Shown piece by piece: positions 38,680 through 48,320 of a DNA stretch of 64,000 nt. Below the pieces are notes generated by a model. That model ran no database searches. It was not told the DNA's origin and worked only from the letters and a program-made list of their open reading frames with translations. Source of the DNA: a virus; IMG/VR virus record IMGVR_UViG_3300027754_005796, positions 108,834-172,833 of that record. One strand, given 5' to 3'. The position numbers and the translations under genes were made by a program. Within the stretch, counting starts at the first letter, position 1; the number at the start of each line of letters is the position of its first letter.

Positions 38680-40326
38680 TTATTTACTTGTTGTAGCACC
38701 ATATAGATAATTTCTTCTCCATTTTCTTGTATCGTCTTCTTGCTTCTTTATAGACAACATCCTTTCTTTTCTGTTTTTTTGAGTGTCTGATAATTTTTGA
38801 ATAATATCTTTTTCTTTTTCAGGATGTAGCAATAAAATACGATCAAGAAATGAATTGTTCAATAAAATTTTATGGTCATACCAAGTGAATATGTTGTTGG
38901 CAAATGTTTTAATTAATTTATCATAAATCCTATCCATTTTACCAGTTGTTCCTGAAAATTGCAAATAGTCAATGTTTTTTGTCTCTAATAATTTTCTTAT
39001 AACTAACATCAATTTTGTGTAGATGGCAATACTATTGCCGTCTTCTAATTCAGTAGCATTAAAACCATTAGGACCTATGAAATCAACACCATAACCGTTT
39101 GCTTTGATCGTTATCGGCAAATCTTTTGTGGCACCACTAAAAAACCATGCATTTTTCTTACTAGTGGTTGGCAATTGAAAATTTTCAATTTTATTGAAAA
39201 AAACATTATATTCTTCGTTGTTGTAATGCCAGCTATGATAATATCCATGACCAGTTCTATTGATTTCAATGTTGCTTATATCTGCTTTATTAAGGTCGAT
39301 GAATTCAACAATATGCTCCATTTGTTTTATTCTATCAGTTCTAAAGATTCCAGCATTCTTAATTGCCGACAAGTGGCCAAGACTAACTCCAGAGCCAGTC
39401 ACTTCAGGATCAACAGAACCTAAAAAATTCTTCTCTCTGTCTAGCAAATCTGCTAAGTTTCTTTTAGGGGCATAAGGATTTATATTGAATATTTGATTAT
39501 TTACATTTAATGTGATCTTCCCTTTTCCGGCTTTCACAATTTTTTGACTAACAATCTGGCACCAATCGTCCCATAAAATTTTTGACACATTATCCTGATA
39601 CAGTTCCTCTAAAGCATTTAGAAAATTAACATAACCAGAAAGTCCAACATCGCTTGTCTTTACATTGATTACATTATCTTTATTCATTGAAAATCCAGAT
39701 TTTCTGCCCTTTTCTCGTATGTCGTTTTGAATCATACCAGAATAAGCTCTAACATTGACTGAATCCAAACAACCAAATTTTCCAATTATCAACTGACAAG
39801 CAAAAGCTGATTTTATAATTCCCAAACCATTGATGTTTTCTATAATATATTTAAATATTCTATAATCAGATGAATCACTTAGGCTTGTATGTGATGAATC
39901 CTTCATCATGCTCATAATATTTGCATAAGTAGTATTTCTTTTTCCCCAAAGTTGTTCAAGATAAACTGCTCGACTCGGCGACTTTTTGCGGCTAGCTCCT
40001 AAAAGATTTGCATATTGATTAAAAGATGTATTAGCGTAATTCCAATCTCCTGTAGGAACTGCCTCTTCAAATACCCATTTAATGAAATCTGCAAATGTGT
40101 GGTGAACTATTTGCCATTCTTTTTGAATTGTGTAAAGAACAAAAGCAAAAACTATAAACATATGAGTCGAATTCTCTTTGGCAAAAGTATTGATTTGAGG
40201 ATTGTGTGAACAAAATCCACTCAAATGGGAATCTCTTTTTTTTCCAAGATTTATCATGTCAGCCTGATTAGGAGCCAACAAAGGACTTTCTTCTGCAAAT
40301 AGCCAATCTTTAAAATTAATATGCAT
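38680..40326 (-). CDS. HhH-like N-domain fused to a paralogue of 40330..41091
   Basis: GLG..K..F..QL..G..GCLDS.N; C-half similar to neighbour (KILLNNSFLDRILLL identical). Confidence 0.75.
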   Translation of the reverse strand: MHINFKDWLFAEESPLLAPNQADMINLGKKRDSHLSGFCSHNPQINTFAKENSTHMFIVFAFVLYTIQKEWQIVHHTFADFIKWVFEEAVPTGDWNYANTSFNQYANLLGASRKKSPSRAVYLEQLWGKRNTTYANIMSMMKDSSHTSLSDSSDYRIFKYIIENINGLGIIKSAFACQLIIGKFGCLDSVNVRAYSGMIQNDIREKGRKSGFSMNKDNVINVKTSDVGLSGYVNFLNALEELYQDNVSKILWDDWCQIVSQKIVKAGKGKITLNVNNQIFNINPYAPKRNLADLLDREKNFLGSVDPEVTGSGVSLGHLSAIKNAGIFRTDRIKQMEHIVEFIDLNKADISNIEINRTGHGYYHSWHYNNEEYNVFFNKIENFQLPTTSKKNAWFFSGATKDLPITIKANGYGVDFIGPNGFNATELEDGNSIAIYTKLMLVIRKLLETKNIDYLQFSGTTGKMDRIYDKLIKTFANNIFTWYDHKILLNNSFLDRILLLHPEKEKDIIQKLSDTQKNRKERMLSIKKQEDDTRKWRRNYLYGATTSK

Positions 40327-40329
40327 AAA

Positions 40330-41091
40330 TTATCTATGTATCAGCCGTCTAAATGATGGTAATTTTTTATTTGTGAAAACTGATGGAACATCAACTATAG
40401 TTGATGGAGTTGATGGAGTTGATGGAGTTGATGGATTTAATGGAGTTAATGGAGTTGATGGATTCTTAATCATATTCTTACGCTTCAATATTCTCTTATC
40501 ATCTTCTTGTTTTTTTATAGAAGACAACCTTTCTTCTCTGGATTTTTTTGTATCTGATAATTTATCCATAATATTTTTTGAATTTTTTGGATATAGCAAT
40601 AGAATGCGATCAAGAAATGAATTATTCAATAAAATTTTATTATTATACCAAGTAAATTTATTGCTAGCGAATGATTTTACAAATTTGTCATAAATCCTAT
40701 CCATTTTATCGGTCATTCCTGCAAATCTTAAAAAGTCAACACTTTGCATCTCTAATAATTTTCTTATAATCAATATCATTTGCTTGTAGATGACAAGACT
40801 ATCTTCTCCTGATGAGTCGGTAGGCTGAAATCCTCTCGGACCTACAAAATCAACAATATAGCCATTTGCTTCGATGTTTTTTGGCGAACCCAAAGAATTC
40901 GCTGGCATTTCAAAAACATGAATTCTATCAAAATAGACATAATATTCTTGATTTTTATGTTCCCAAGAAGATTCATATCCATAACCATTGCTTTTTAATT
41001 CAATATTGTTTATATCTGATTTATTAGGGTCTATAAATTCAATAATTTTATTATCTTCTAAAAAAAACCACTCTTTGAAATTAATTTCCAT
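40330..41091 (-). CDS. Hypothetical protein of a paralogous F.GP.GF..T / IY family; PST tail repeat
   Basis: MEINFKEWF start; 9-bp GTTGATGGA repeats near 40400-40462. Confidence 0.75.
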   Translation of the reverse strand: MEINFKEWFFLEDNKIIEFIDPNKSDINNIELKSNGYGYESSWEHKNQEYYVYFDRIHVFEMPANSLGSPKNIEANGYIVDFVGPRGFQPTDSSGEDSLVIYKQMILIIRKLLEMQSVDFLRFAGMTDKMDRIYDKFVKSFASNKFTWYNNKILLNNSFLDRILLLYPKNSKNIMDKLSDTKKSREERLSSIKKQEDDKRILKRKNMIKNPSTPLTPLNPSTPSTPSTPSTIVDVPSVFTNKKLPSFRRLIHR

Positions 41092-41124
41092 AACTTATTT
41101 ATTGATTTATTTTTTAAAAAATGT

Positions 41125-41132
41125 TATAAATA
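41125..41132 (+). promoter_or_regulatory. T4-type late promoter TATAAATA
   Basis: Exact match just upstream of ATG 41138; TAAATA also at 32496, 35605(-), 41096(-), 56908, 61941. Confidence 0.5.
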
Positions 41133-41137
41133 AAAAT

Positions 41138-41494
41138 ATGAATACATTTATTCAATACATTGAATCTCAACAAAATGTAACTCGTTATGTACACTTAAAT
41201 GGAATGGGCATACTTAACAATGCCGCTCTCGACTATAGCAAATTATCTGACTCGCAATATGAATCTGTGGAAGAAGAAATGTTAGGGATGCAACAACCTC
41301 CAAGCTTTCTGCATGGAAAATCCGCAATATTTGCATTCACCCCAGAAGGTGAACAAAAACATAAAAAATTGATCAAACTTCTAAGCAAAGCTTCTAAAAC
41401 CAAAGTTATCAAAAAAATCCTTAAAATAAATCAGTATGATATAGTATGGACAAGCGTAGACGGACAAGTTGCTCTAATTCCAAAGTTGATTTAA
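41138..41494 (+). CDS. Hypothetical protein
   Basis: MNTFIQYIES start. Confidence 0.7.
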   Translation: MNTFIQYIESQQNVTRYVHLNGMGILNNAALDYSKLSDSQYESVEEEMLGMQQPPSFLHGKSAIFAFTPEGEQKHKKLIKLLSKASKTKVIKKILKINQYDIVWTSVDGQVALIPKLI

Positions 41495-41916
41495 TCGCCA
41501 AAATTTGTACACCAATAGGGTTGACCTTTTGAATTTCTCGCCATGCCAAATCCGACTTTGGTGAAGTTTTTATTGAGAATATTGTGCCTATGAGGTTTTG
41601 AGTGCATCCAAGTATCTGTCACTACAGCTTCGTCTTTTTGGTTCCATGCAATATTTTCACCGGTAATTCTGTACTTGCCTACTAAATTGTCGATGTTGCT
41701 ATGTTTCATCCAGCTACGGCTGGACATCCATTGTGCATGTTTTTGAGCGTAATCTGCCAAATAAGAATCCATAACCAATGGCTTAAGTTCGTTCTCTGAT
41801 CGTTGTTGGTTATGCAGCGTAAGCAGCAGTTCTGCGTCGAGCGGTTTTTGATTTTGCTGGCCACAGCCCGCAACGAACACAAGCAGGGCTGTTGCAATGC
41901 CGAATAATTTTCTCAT
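41491..41916 (-). CDS. CAP (SCP) domain lipoprotein
   Basis: Lipobox VAGC; HN..R, AQ.HA..M, GENIA, WM.S..H..NIL, G.G, YW...F. Confidence 0.92.
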   Translation of the reverse strand: MRKLFGIATALLVFVAGCGQQNQKPLDAELLLTLHNQQRSENELKPLVMDSYLADYAQKHAQWMSSRSWMKHSNIDNLVGKYRITGENIAWNQKDEAVVTDTWMHSKPHRHNILNKNFTKVGFGMARNSKGQPYWCTNFGD

Positions 41917-41934
41917 GTGTCTCCTTGCACATAT

Positions 41935-42330
41935 TTAGTCAAGCTCCTTCAGTAACAATTTGTGTGTTTCTTCAATCTGCTTCATTATTGTCTCTGAAGG
42001 CGAGATGAATGTGAATTCAACTGTGTTTCCAGTTGTGGTCATGACGGGAGTTTCAAAAATGCGATGAACCAATTTGATGTTGTTGTAATGATTACGGAGT
42101 CTTCTTGACAAATGAATTCGGGCAGCTTGCATTAAAATGTTTGCAGCTAGTAACAATCCAAGTACCAAAGAAGCGATATATTCGCTTTCACGGAGTACGG
42201 CTATAAAGGAGCAAAGACAAAGACAAAAACAAAAAATCATCGTCGGTTCAAAATAAGGCAAGGGTTTTGGTATTTGAAGTTTGATGATATTTTTGCGTTC
42301 TTCAGGGGGTAAAAAATTTGTAATCATTAT
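41935..42330 (-). CDS. Two-TM hypothetical protein
   Basis: Hydrophobic pair. Confidence 0.6.
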   Translation of the reverse strand: MMITNFLPPEERKNIIKLQIPKPLPYFEPTMIFCFCLCLCSFIAVLRESEYIASLVLGLLLAANILMQAARIHLSRRLRNHYNNIKLVHRIFETPVMTTTGNTVEFTFISPSETIMKQIEETHKLLLKELD

Positions 42331-42374
42331 TATGTTGGATAAATAAGGTTTCACTTGTGGTTAAAACACGAAAA

Positions 42375-42412
42375 ACAAAAAAAGCGGGAAGGATCATATG
42401 GTCCTTCCCGCT
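42375..42412 (-). terminator. Rho-independent terminator
   Basis: AGCGGGAAGGATC/GGTCCTTCCCGCT stem with A run on the left. Confidence 0.8.
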
Positions 42413-42418
42413 GTATTT

Positions 42419-42745
42419 TTAATGGTTCTTGCAACACTCATTTGCATGAGTGTGCTCATGTCTGGTACAAGTTTGGGTTTCTCCGCAACTAGCATCTCCT
42501 TCCATTTTTTCGGCAGCGTCATGGGCGTGTTCGTATAGTCGAAGCATACTGACTGCCATGCGGTGGGCATCGGTTGCTTCTAATGCCAGATTTTCCCAAT
42601 CTACGGCGACATCGGAATCGAGCTTGACTGTTACGCCGTCTTCGACATCGGTAAGCGTAATGATAACGGTGGACACAGGTTTACTCCTATTTTTTGGGCT
42701 GTGATTCTTTCTTAGTAGTATCATTCTGCGTTTTTTTCTTTTCAT
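42419..42745 (-). CDS. Hypothetical protein with Cys/His-rich tail (start uncertain)
   Basis: ORF upstream of terminator. Confidence 0.65.
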   Translation of the reverse strand: MKRKKRRMILLRKNHSPKNRSKPVSTVIITLTDVEDGVTVKLDSDVAVDWENLALEATDAHRMAVSMLRLYEHAHDAAEKMEGDASCGETQTCTRHEHTHANECCKNH

Positions 42746-43271
42746 CCTGTGCTTTTTGCTTGGACTCTTGGATTTCCTTGCGTGCTTCTGCGTCTATTCC
42801 ACGGGCTTCTTCACGCATTTTTGCAAACTTTTTTTCTGCTAATTCAATCGATTTTTCACGAATTTCAGGAGGGCAGTTCAAGTCTTCTGCTGCTTGGTGA
42901 TAGCCTTTCACATAGGCGTTTTCTTCCATGAATTCAGCCTGCGAGAGACCTTTGTAATACCATTCATGACCGAATGCAGAGGCGATATTTTGATCAGGGG
43001 CAAGATTGGTTGCTACTGAAACCATTCCTTCCACCCTTCCTTGGTTGCGGGCATTTTCTATGTTTTGCTCACGCAGTTCGCTCATTCTGCTGAGGACGAT
43101 TTCGTTAAAACCATCATTCAACAGACTTTCTTTTTCCTTGGTGATATCTTTGATCATGCTCAATCTGTTGATTTGATTTTGTTGGACAATGTTGTAGCCA
43201 ACCGACATGGCAGCAGCAACAGAGGTCAAGACCGCAAAGGCGGTGCTATTTTTGTTGAAAAAGTCGCTCAT
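42687..43271 (-). CDS. Membrane-anchored hypothetical protein
   Basis: N-terminal TM; Y.KGYH motif as in 10146. Confidence 0.75.
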   Translation of the reverse strand: MSDFFNKNSTAFAVLTSVAAAMSVGYNIVQQNQINRLSMIKDITKEKESLLNDGFNEIVLSRMSELREQNIENARNQGRVEGMVSVATNLAPDQNIASAFGHEWYYKGLSQAEFMEENAYVKGYHQAAEDLNCPPEIREKSIELAEKKFAKMREEARGIDAEARKEIQESKQKAQDEKKKTQNDTTKKESQPKK

Positions 43272-43348
43272 CGACAGACTCCAATTTGAGGCGGGAAAAC
43301 AAGCTTTTCAGAGTCTGCCAAAATATTAAATAATTTGCAAGGTTGAAA

Positions 43349-43750
43349 TCACTTTTTTTTGGTTGGAAATTTGCGCTTTATTGCGGTTTTTTCCTCGCCA
43401 TGAATATCAATTTCAAGAGCTTCTTCAGCTTCTTGATCGTTTTGCCTTTCTACTTCTTCGGTGAAGATACTTGCAGTTTCTCCCATGATTTGCATGTCAT
43501 CGGGCTGGTCTTGTATCAATTGAAGGACTACGCATCCGCTCTTGGTGAGTTCCAGTTTGAGTGCGTTTATGTCGTAGTCTTTAAAGTTGTCTGGATAAAG
43601 CTCATCTCGTCGCCATTTAATTTTCCAACACGAAGGATCATCCTCTTCATCATCTCCCTTCAGATAATTCTCTGCCATACAAATGGCAATTTCTGGGCTT
43701 GTGGCTCCCTTGGGGACAGGGTCATATCCCACATGGACGAAACAATTCAT
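43349..43750 (-). CDS. Acidic hypothetical protein
   Basis: GGAGG SD; operon context. Confidence 0.7.
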   Translation of the reverse strand: MNCFVHVGYDPVPKGATSPEIAICMAENYLKGDDEEDDPSCWKIKWRRDELYPDNFKDYDINALKLELTKSGCVVLQLIQDQPDDMQIMGETASIFTEEVERQNDQEAEEALEIDIHGEEKTAIKRKFPTKKK

Positions 43751-43977
43751 AGTTTTCCTCCCATGTATTCGTCCATGCATTTAACGATCTCATGCTTGAT
43801 GTGGTCCAAGCCTCGATTCCTGCATAATGGACAAACAGCACACTTGTATGTATACAGAGTGCGATAGAAAGGTGGCAGACCTTCGTTTTCTACCAGTCTG
43901 AACGACTGGCATTCTCTGCTGATTTTTAAGCAGAAAATACATTGCCCAAGCCCTTTTGCGGAAAATTCAATTTCCAT
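43747..43977 (-). CDS. Small zinc-finger protein
   Basis: CIFC...C.VCPLC. Confidence 0.6.
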   Translation of the reverse strand: MEIEFSAKGLGQCIFCLKISRECQSFRLVENEGLPPFYRTLYTYKCAVCPLCRNRGLDHIKHEIVKCMDEYMGGKL

Positions 43978-44407
43978 CGGTGCTAGGCTCCGCTTTAAGG
44001 TAAATATTTTCCGGTGGCTTGTTGTAGTACATGGTCATATATGGGCAAATCCAAGCGCATTGTCCCGGCATAACACTCTTGAAGTTCAATTCCTCGATAG
44101 AGTAGACCCAACCATCGAATTTGGTTTCTTGGTATTTCAGCAGGACATCGGCGTTAGGGAAATAATTCTCTGAAAATAGTGCAATAAAACCCTTATTTTC
44201 AATGTCTGGAATTTTCAGGGCTTTGCATCCTGAAACAATCAGTCTGTCGATGCCGATAATCAGAGGGCTTAGACAGTAGTCTGTAAACTCTGCCGGTGCG
44301 AAGTCAAAAAGCCTTCCTTTGTGCTCAAAGACCCATCTGCCATTTTTGAGTGAACACAAAAGGGTATTGACCCCGATTTTATCAAAATCGTTTTTATCAT
44401 TGTTCAT
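43967..44407 (-). CDS. Hypothetical protein
   Basis: G.WVF...G..Y...W.CP....Y...P..IY pattern. Confidence 0.7.
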   Translation of the reverse strand: MNNDKNDFDKIGVNTLLCSLKNGRWVFEHKGRLFDFAPAEFTDYCLSPLIIGIDRLIVSGCKALKIPDIENKGFIALFSENYFPNADVLLKYQETKFDGWVYSIEELNFKSVMPGQCAWICPYMTMYYNKPPENIYLKAEPSTDGN

Positions 44408-44846
44408 GGCGAGGGAACCTGACTTCCTGTTTAATGGTGTCGATTATTTCCATCGGTTCAATATTCTTGTCGGGTTCTAGCAAAACCCGGAGGAAAAAAT
44501 TGTAGCTTCTCTTGCCGTGCTGCAATTTGCCCCTCAGCATCAACTGCGGTCTGGCAAAATTGTCGTCCGTGGTACAAGTTGAACCTACGGCCATGTTAGT
44601 AATAGTAATGTCATCATGAGCCGTAAAAGATGATACATCAAAAATAAAAGGTGGCCAGAATTTCTCGCCGTCCTTTGCTCCTCCATAAAGCTCCTGCACG
44701 CATGGCGCAGCCCAAATTTCCCAAACCTTAAGCTTCGGATTACGGTCAATTTTGACCGCAAAACGAGCAGAGGGTGCTCGATATTGCCAGTTTTCCCAGC
44801 AAATATCGAGCACCCTCTGAAGCCATTTTGGAGCGTCATTCTGCAT
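44397..44846 (-). CDS. Hypothetical protein resembling a planctomycete family
   Basis: E..GG..DG....P.F..D motif. Confidence 0.7.
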   Translation of the reverse strand: MQNDAPKWLQRVLDICWENWQYRAPSARFAVKIDRNPKLKVWEIWAAPCVQELYGGAKDGEKFWPPFIFDVSSFTAHDDITITNMAVGSTCTTDDNFARPQLMLRGKLQHGKRSYNFFLRVLLEPDKNIEPMEIIDTIKQEVRFPRHEQ

Positions 44847-45442
44847 TAGACTACCTCGGACAGACAAAATTTACGCCAGCTTTGTTCTGGCGTTGGTACA
44901 GCGTACATGACGGGAACCGCCATGTCGGTCACTTCATGCTCCTTGCGAAAAAGATTGTACACTTTTTCCAAGGAGTCGAGAGAGCAAAATGCGATTGTCT
45001 CAAGAGTGAAATTTTTGGTCCAGTCAGGGTAAGGCCTTAAATTTTTGGCGCATGTGATCGTCATAATTTCTGGTGAGATTTTAAACAAATCGCTCAGATT
45101 AACCAATTTTTCTTCTGGTGTTGCTCCATCTACAAAATCATCAGTTGTAAGGGTTCGACCGTTCTGAAATTGCGCTACCCAATAGCTGGGCCACTTACTC
45201 GTGAGAGCGTCGAAATCATTGATTACTAGCGTGCGCATTTCCTCTGGGGTGATTTTTCTACTAACAACTGAGCTAGAATATTTGATGTATTCGTCAAGTG
45301 CCGATCTCATTTCCTCGTGTTTGTTCAATAAATCTTCAATGGAAAAAATCTGCCCCTTCAATTGATCCGAACCACTTCTGAGGCATGTGTTCTTGGCGAA
45401 AATCGACATCATCGTGTCGGCAATATTGTTGTTGTGGCTCAT
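44846..45442 (-). CDS. Hypothetical protein
   Basis: GGAGGT SD. Confidence 0.75.
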   Translation of the reverse strand: MSHNNNIADTMMSIFAKNTCLRSGSDQLKGQIFSIEDLLNKHEEMRSALDEYIKYSSSVVSRKITPEEMRTLVINDFDALTSKWPSYWVAQFQNGRTLTTDDFVDGATPEEKLVNLSDLFKISPEIMTITCAKNLRPYPDWTKNFTLETIAFCSLDSLEKVYNLFRKEHEVTDMAVPVMYAVPTPEQSWRKFCLSEVV

Positions 45443-45488
45443 GGGTCTACCTTACCTCCAAAAGCGGTGAAAATAAAGTCTTTCTAAT

Positions 45489-45523
45489 AAAAAAACCCCC
45501 CAAGTTTTTTGCCTTGGGGGGTT
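45489..45523 (-). terminator. Rho-independent terminator after SNF2 gene
   Basis: AACCCCCCAAG...CTTGGGGGGTT with A run. Confidence 0.75.
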
Positions 45524-45539
45524 GGAGAAACAGGTTGCA

Positions 45540-47726
45540 CTAGGCAACTTTGTTACTGTTGCCGAAAAGCAGGGGGAACTGCTCGGACAACTGACGGCGG
45601 TAGCGAGACAAGATCAGGAACCCAGCCTCAAGCTCTTGGGCCGTTTCAAGGCCAGCGTTAAGCAACCAATGGGCAACAGCAGCATCAGGCTTGTTGAACC
45701 CGTGACCGTCACGCTGGTTGGCACCATCGCAAACGCCCAGCATATAGCCGAACGCAGCACGGACCTCAGCGGAACGATCAGGCGTGAGCTCAAGGCGCAC
45801 TCCCTTCTTGGCACGGGTGACTTCCCGTTCATGGATGCCTTCTACCTTGCTCTTGGCCTTGGCCTTGAGCTTGGCAGCTTCCAACTTGCCCTGCTCCTCC
45901 ACCGCCCGTTGCAGACGAGCTTGGAATTCCTCCTCGCTCTCAACCTCGGGCTGGGAAGCGCCCACGGGAGTAGCCGTGAGGCGCTGACCTTTAATGCTGT
46001 TATCGATAGATCGTTGGATCGTATCGATCTTGTCTACCAGCAGCTTCTGGATGTGGATGTCCAGCGGGTGGTTGCTGACCATGCGGACGATCTCCACCTT
46101 GTTCGCAGTCTGTCCCAAACGGCAGATGCGATCCTCGGCCTGCCAGTTGGCAGCGGGGGTCCAGTCGAGATCGACAAACAGGGCCTTGGCAGCGTGCGTG
46201 AGAGTCAATCCCACACCGCCTGCACGGATGGTGATGCCAATGCCCTTGAATTGACCCGCTTGGAACGCACGCACGATCTCCTGTCGGCGTTCAGGAGAGG
46301 TGTCGCCCGTGATGAGTGCCCAGCCGGGACGAGCCAGTAAAGCATTCATCGGGGCGAGGTGTGCGCTGAACACGATCAGCGGGCATTCTTGCTCCTCGCA
46401 GTCCTGCACATATTCGAGCATGGCAGGAACACGAGACTGGGCCAGTTCCGCACGCAAGGCAGCGAACTGCGTGAACGGAGGCAGCGAGTCCTCGAGCTCG
46501 TTGTCATACCCAGACCACGCCTCGTCAAGCTTTTTAACAAGCTTTTGGGAGGGGTCCACCATGACATTGGTGTATGTCTTGGTGGGCAGTTCAGGCAGAA
46601 CATCGGCACGCAGACGGCGCAGCATCACACGGCGCAGCAACTCAGGCACGATGGGCTGAGGCTTGCCGTACTCGAAGGCGTAGCCGTTATGGTGGGCGTT
46701 GAACAACCCTTGGAAGTTCTCGAAAGACCGAAACACTTCCTTAGCCACACCCACGGTGTCCAGCACACCCCACAAATCTTCAGGGTGGTTGGTCAGCGGG
46801 CTACCAGTAAGAGCGGTGACCTTGGCAACAAGGTTACCAATTTCTTTTGTCTTGCGGGTGCGTGCAGCCTTTTTGTTTTTGTAGTCGTGAGCCTCGTCCA
46901 CGATCAGGTTGACCTGTGAGGCTTGCGGGTATTTGTCCCTCAAAGCTTGGCGAAAAGCGTTGAGGGTTGCGAAGTATCGATCAACTGGTTGACCTTTTAC
47001 CTTCGCAGGTGTAATGAACTCTTCAGGAAGAATGTCATTGTTAATGATGACAATCTCGCCCTGCTTGGGCCAGCGGAACGACTCACGACCGTTCAGCACG
47101 GTCGGGGCCAGATCGGGTCGCCATTTGCGAACCTCGTCAACCCAATTGTACTTGAGTCCTGCACGGCATATGACCATGCCCTTGCCTCCCTGCTCAATGC
47201 CCATGAGGGACTGAACAGTTTTGCCAAGGCCCATCTCGTCGCCCAGCAGAGCACGCTTCTTGCTAGACAAGAAGCTCACTCCCTCGACTTGGTAGGGGTA
47301 CAGGCCAAGATCAGCAGCTTTCTGCGCCTGTGCGTTGACTTGCACGATGCGCAGGCTGGGAGCAACCTCGAGGCCGATACGGTCGGCAACCTCGAGGATT
47401 CGGGGGCGGTCAGACACATCGGCGCTGACAGTCCACCACTTGTTGGCCTTGTCCCATCGTGCGCCGGGAAGGGAACGAAGCAGATCGAGATTTTCGGGCT
47501 CGTAACCCGTGATGACCTTGAGGTCGCTCGTGAGAACACGATGCACGCTCTTCTGTTGGATGTCCACACCCTTGCGTGCTGGCACGCAATTGGTGCAAAA
47601 GTTTGTGTACTTGGCTTTTCCAGTCGTCTCTTCTTCGGTGCGCTGGGTGAAACCCGCACCCATCAAAACCTGCGCCTTGCAGGAGTTGCAGCGCACATTG
47701 AACTTGTTCTTGAAGAAATGAGCCAT
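45540..47726 (-). CDS. SNF2/SMARCAL1(HARP)-like helicase, GC-rich
   Basis: LYPYQ, DEMGLGKT, DEAH, LTGSP, R..R.DVL.ELP, GVGLTLT.A, W.P....QAEDR..R.GQ. Confidence 0.95.
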   Translation of the reverse strand: MAHFFKNKFNVRCNSCKAQVLMGAGFTQRTEEETTGKAKYTNFCTNCVPARKGVDIQQKSVHRVLTSDLKVITGYEPENLDLLRSLPGARWDKANKWWTVSADVSDRPRILEVADRIGLEVAPSLRIVQVNAQAQKAADLGLYPYQVEGVSFLSSKKRALLGDEMGLGKTVQSLMGIEQGGKGMVICRAGLKYNWVDEVRKWRPDLAPTVLNGRESFRWPKQGEIVIINNDILPEEFITPAKVKGQPVDRYFATLNAFRQALRDKYPQASQVNLIVDEAHDYKNKKAARTRKTKEIGNLVAKVTALTGSPLTNHPEDLWGVLDTVGVAKEVFRSFENFQGLFNAHHNGYAFEYGKPQPIVPELLRRVMLRRLRADVLPELPTKTYTNVMVDPSQKLVKKLDEAWSGYDNELEDSLPPFTQFAALRAELAQSRVPAMLEYVQDCEEQECPLIVFSAHLAPMNALLARPGWALITGDTSPERRQEIVRAFQAGQFKGIGITIRAGGVGLTLTHAAKALFVDLDWTPAANWQAEDRICRLGQTANKVEIVRMVSNHPLDIHIQKLLVDKIDTIQRSIDNSIKGQRLTATPVGASQPEVESEEEFQARLQRAVEEQGKLEAAKLKAKAKSKVEGIHEREVTRAKKGVRLELTPDRSAEVRAAFGYMLGVCDGANQRDGHGFNKPDAAVAHWLLNAGLETAQELEAGFLILSRYRRQLSEQFPLLFGNSNKVA

Positions 47727-47766
47727 TGTAGTCGCTCCGCTTGTGTTGAAAGTGACTGTTGTCTAT

Positions 47767-47801
47767 AGTCCTACAGGAAGTTTTGTTTCTTAAATACAAT
47801 T
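47767..47801 (-). promoter_or_regulatory. Conserved 35-bp upstream motif, copy 2
   Basis: 31/35 identical to copy 1. Confidence 0.7.
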
Positions 47802-47906
47802 AAATTCAAAATTTTTTGAATTTTTGAAAAATTTATTTTGATATAAGAAAAGACGACAAGAACCTAAGTCCTTGTCGTCTCATGGTTTAGCTAATTTTTT
47901 CTTAAA

Positions 47907-48233
47907 TTAGCGTCGAAGACGGCCCAAAAGGCCAGTCTTGCCAGCAACAGCATTACAGGAGCCGTTACAGCAGTCACATGGGGCTGCTGTCTTGACGGGC
48001 TCGACCTTCTTGACTTCAACAGCCTTGACCTCGACGGGCTTGACAAGGTTCAGGCGAACCTTCTCACGGCGAGTGAGGGGTTGATAGACAGTTGAGGCGT
48101 TACAGTTGCTACACTCGCCTTTGGCAGCAGCCTTCGCAACGGTTGCGGGAGCTTGGGCCTTAGCGGGGCCTTCTCCTGCAAACACGGTGGTGGCAGCGAA
48201 AACAAAAGCGATAGCAGCGATAAAATTCTTCAT
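47907..48233 (-). CDS. Small secreted Ala/Lys/Cys-rich protein, GC-rich
   Basis: Signal peptide; CSNC, CDCC..C; GLLGRLRR tail; hairpin at 47851-47880 downstream. Confidence 0.8.
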   Translation of the reverse strand: MKNFIAAIAFVFAATTVFAGEGPAKAQAPATVAKAAAKGECSNCNASTVYQPLTRREKVRLNLVKPVEVKAVEVKKVEPVKTAAPCDCCNGSCNAVAGKTGLLGRLRR

Positions 48234-48320
48234 CTTAGAAACTCTCCAAATAAAATAAGCGCCAATCTGGCACTACTAAGGATAATATATCGTGCTTAGC
48301 TTAAATTCGCAATAGCACTC

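Noticed and set aside
45522-47768. Long plus-strand ORFs antisense to the SNF2 gene; similar ones at 15167-16405 and 17149-17868
   Set aside because: Expected stop-poor shadows of GC-rich genes; no motifs or SD
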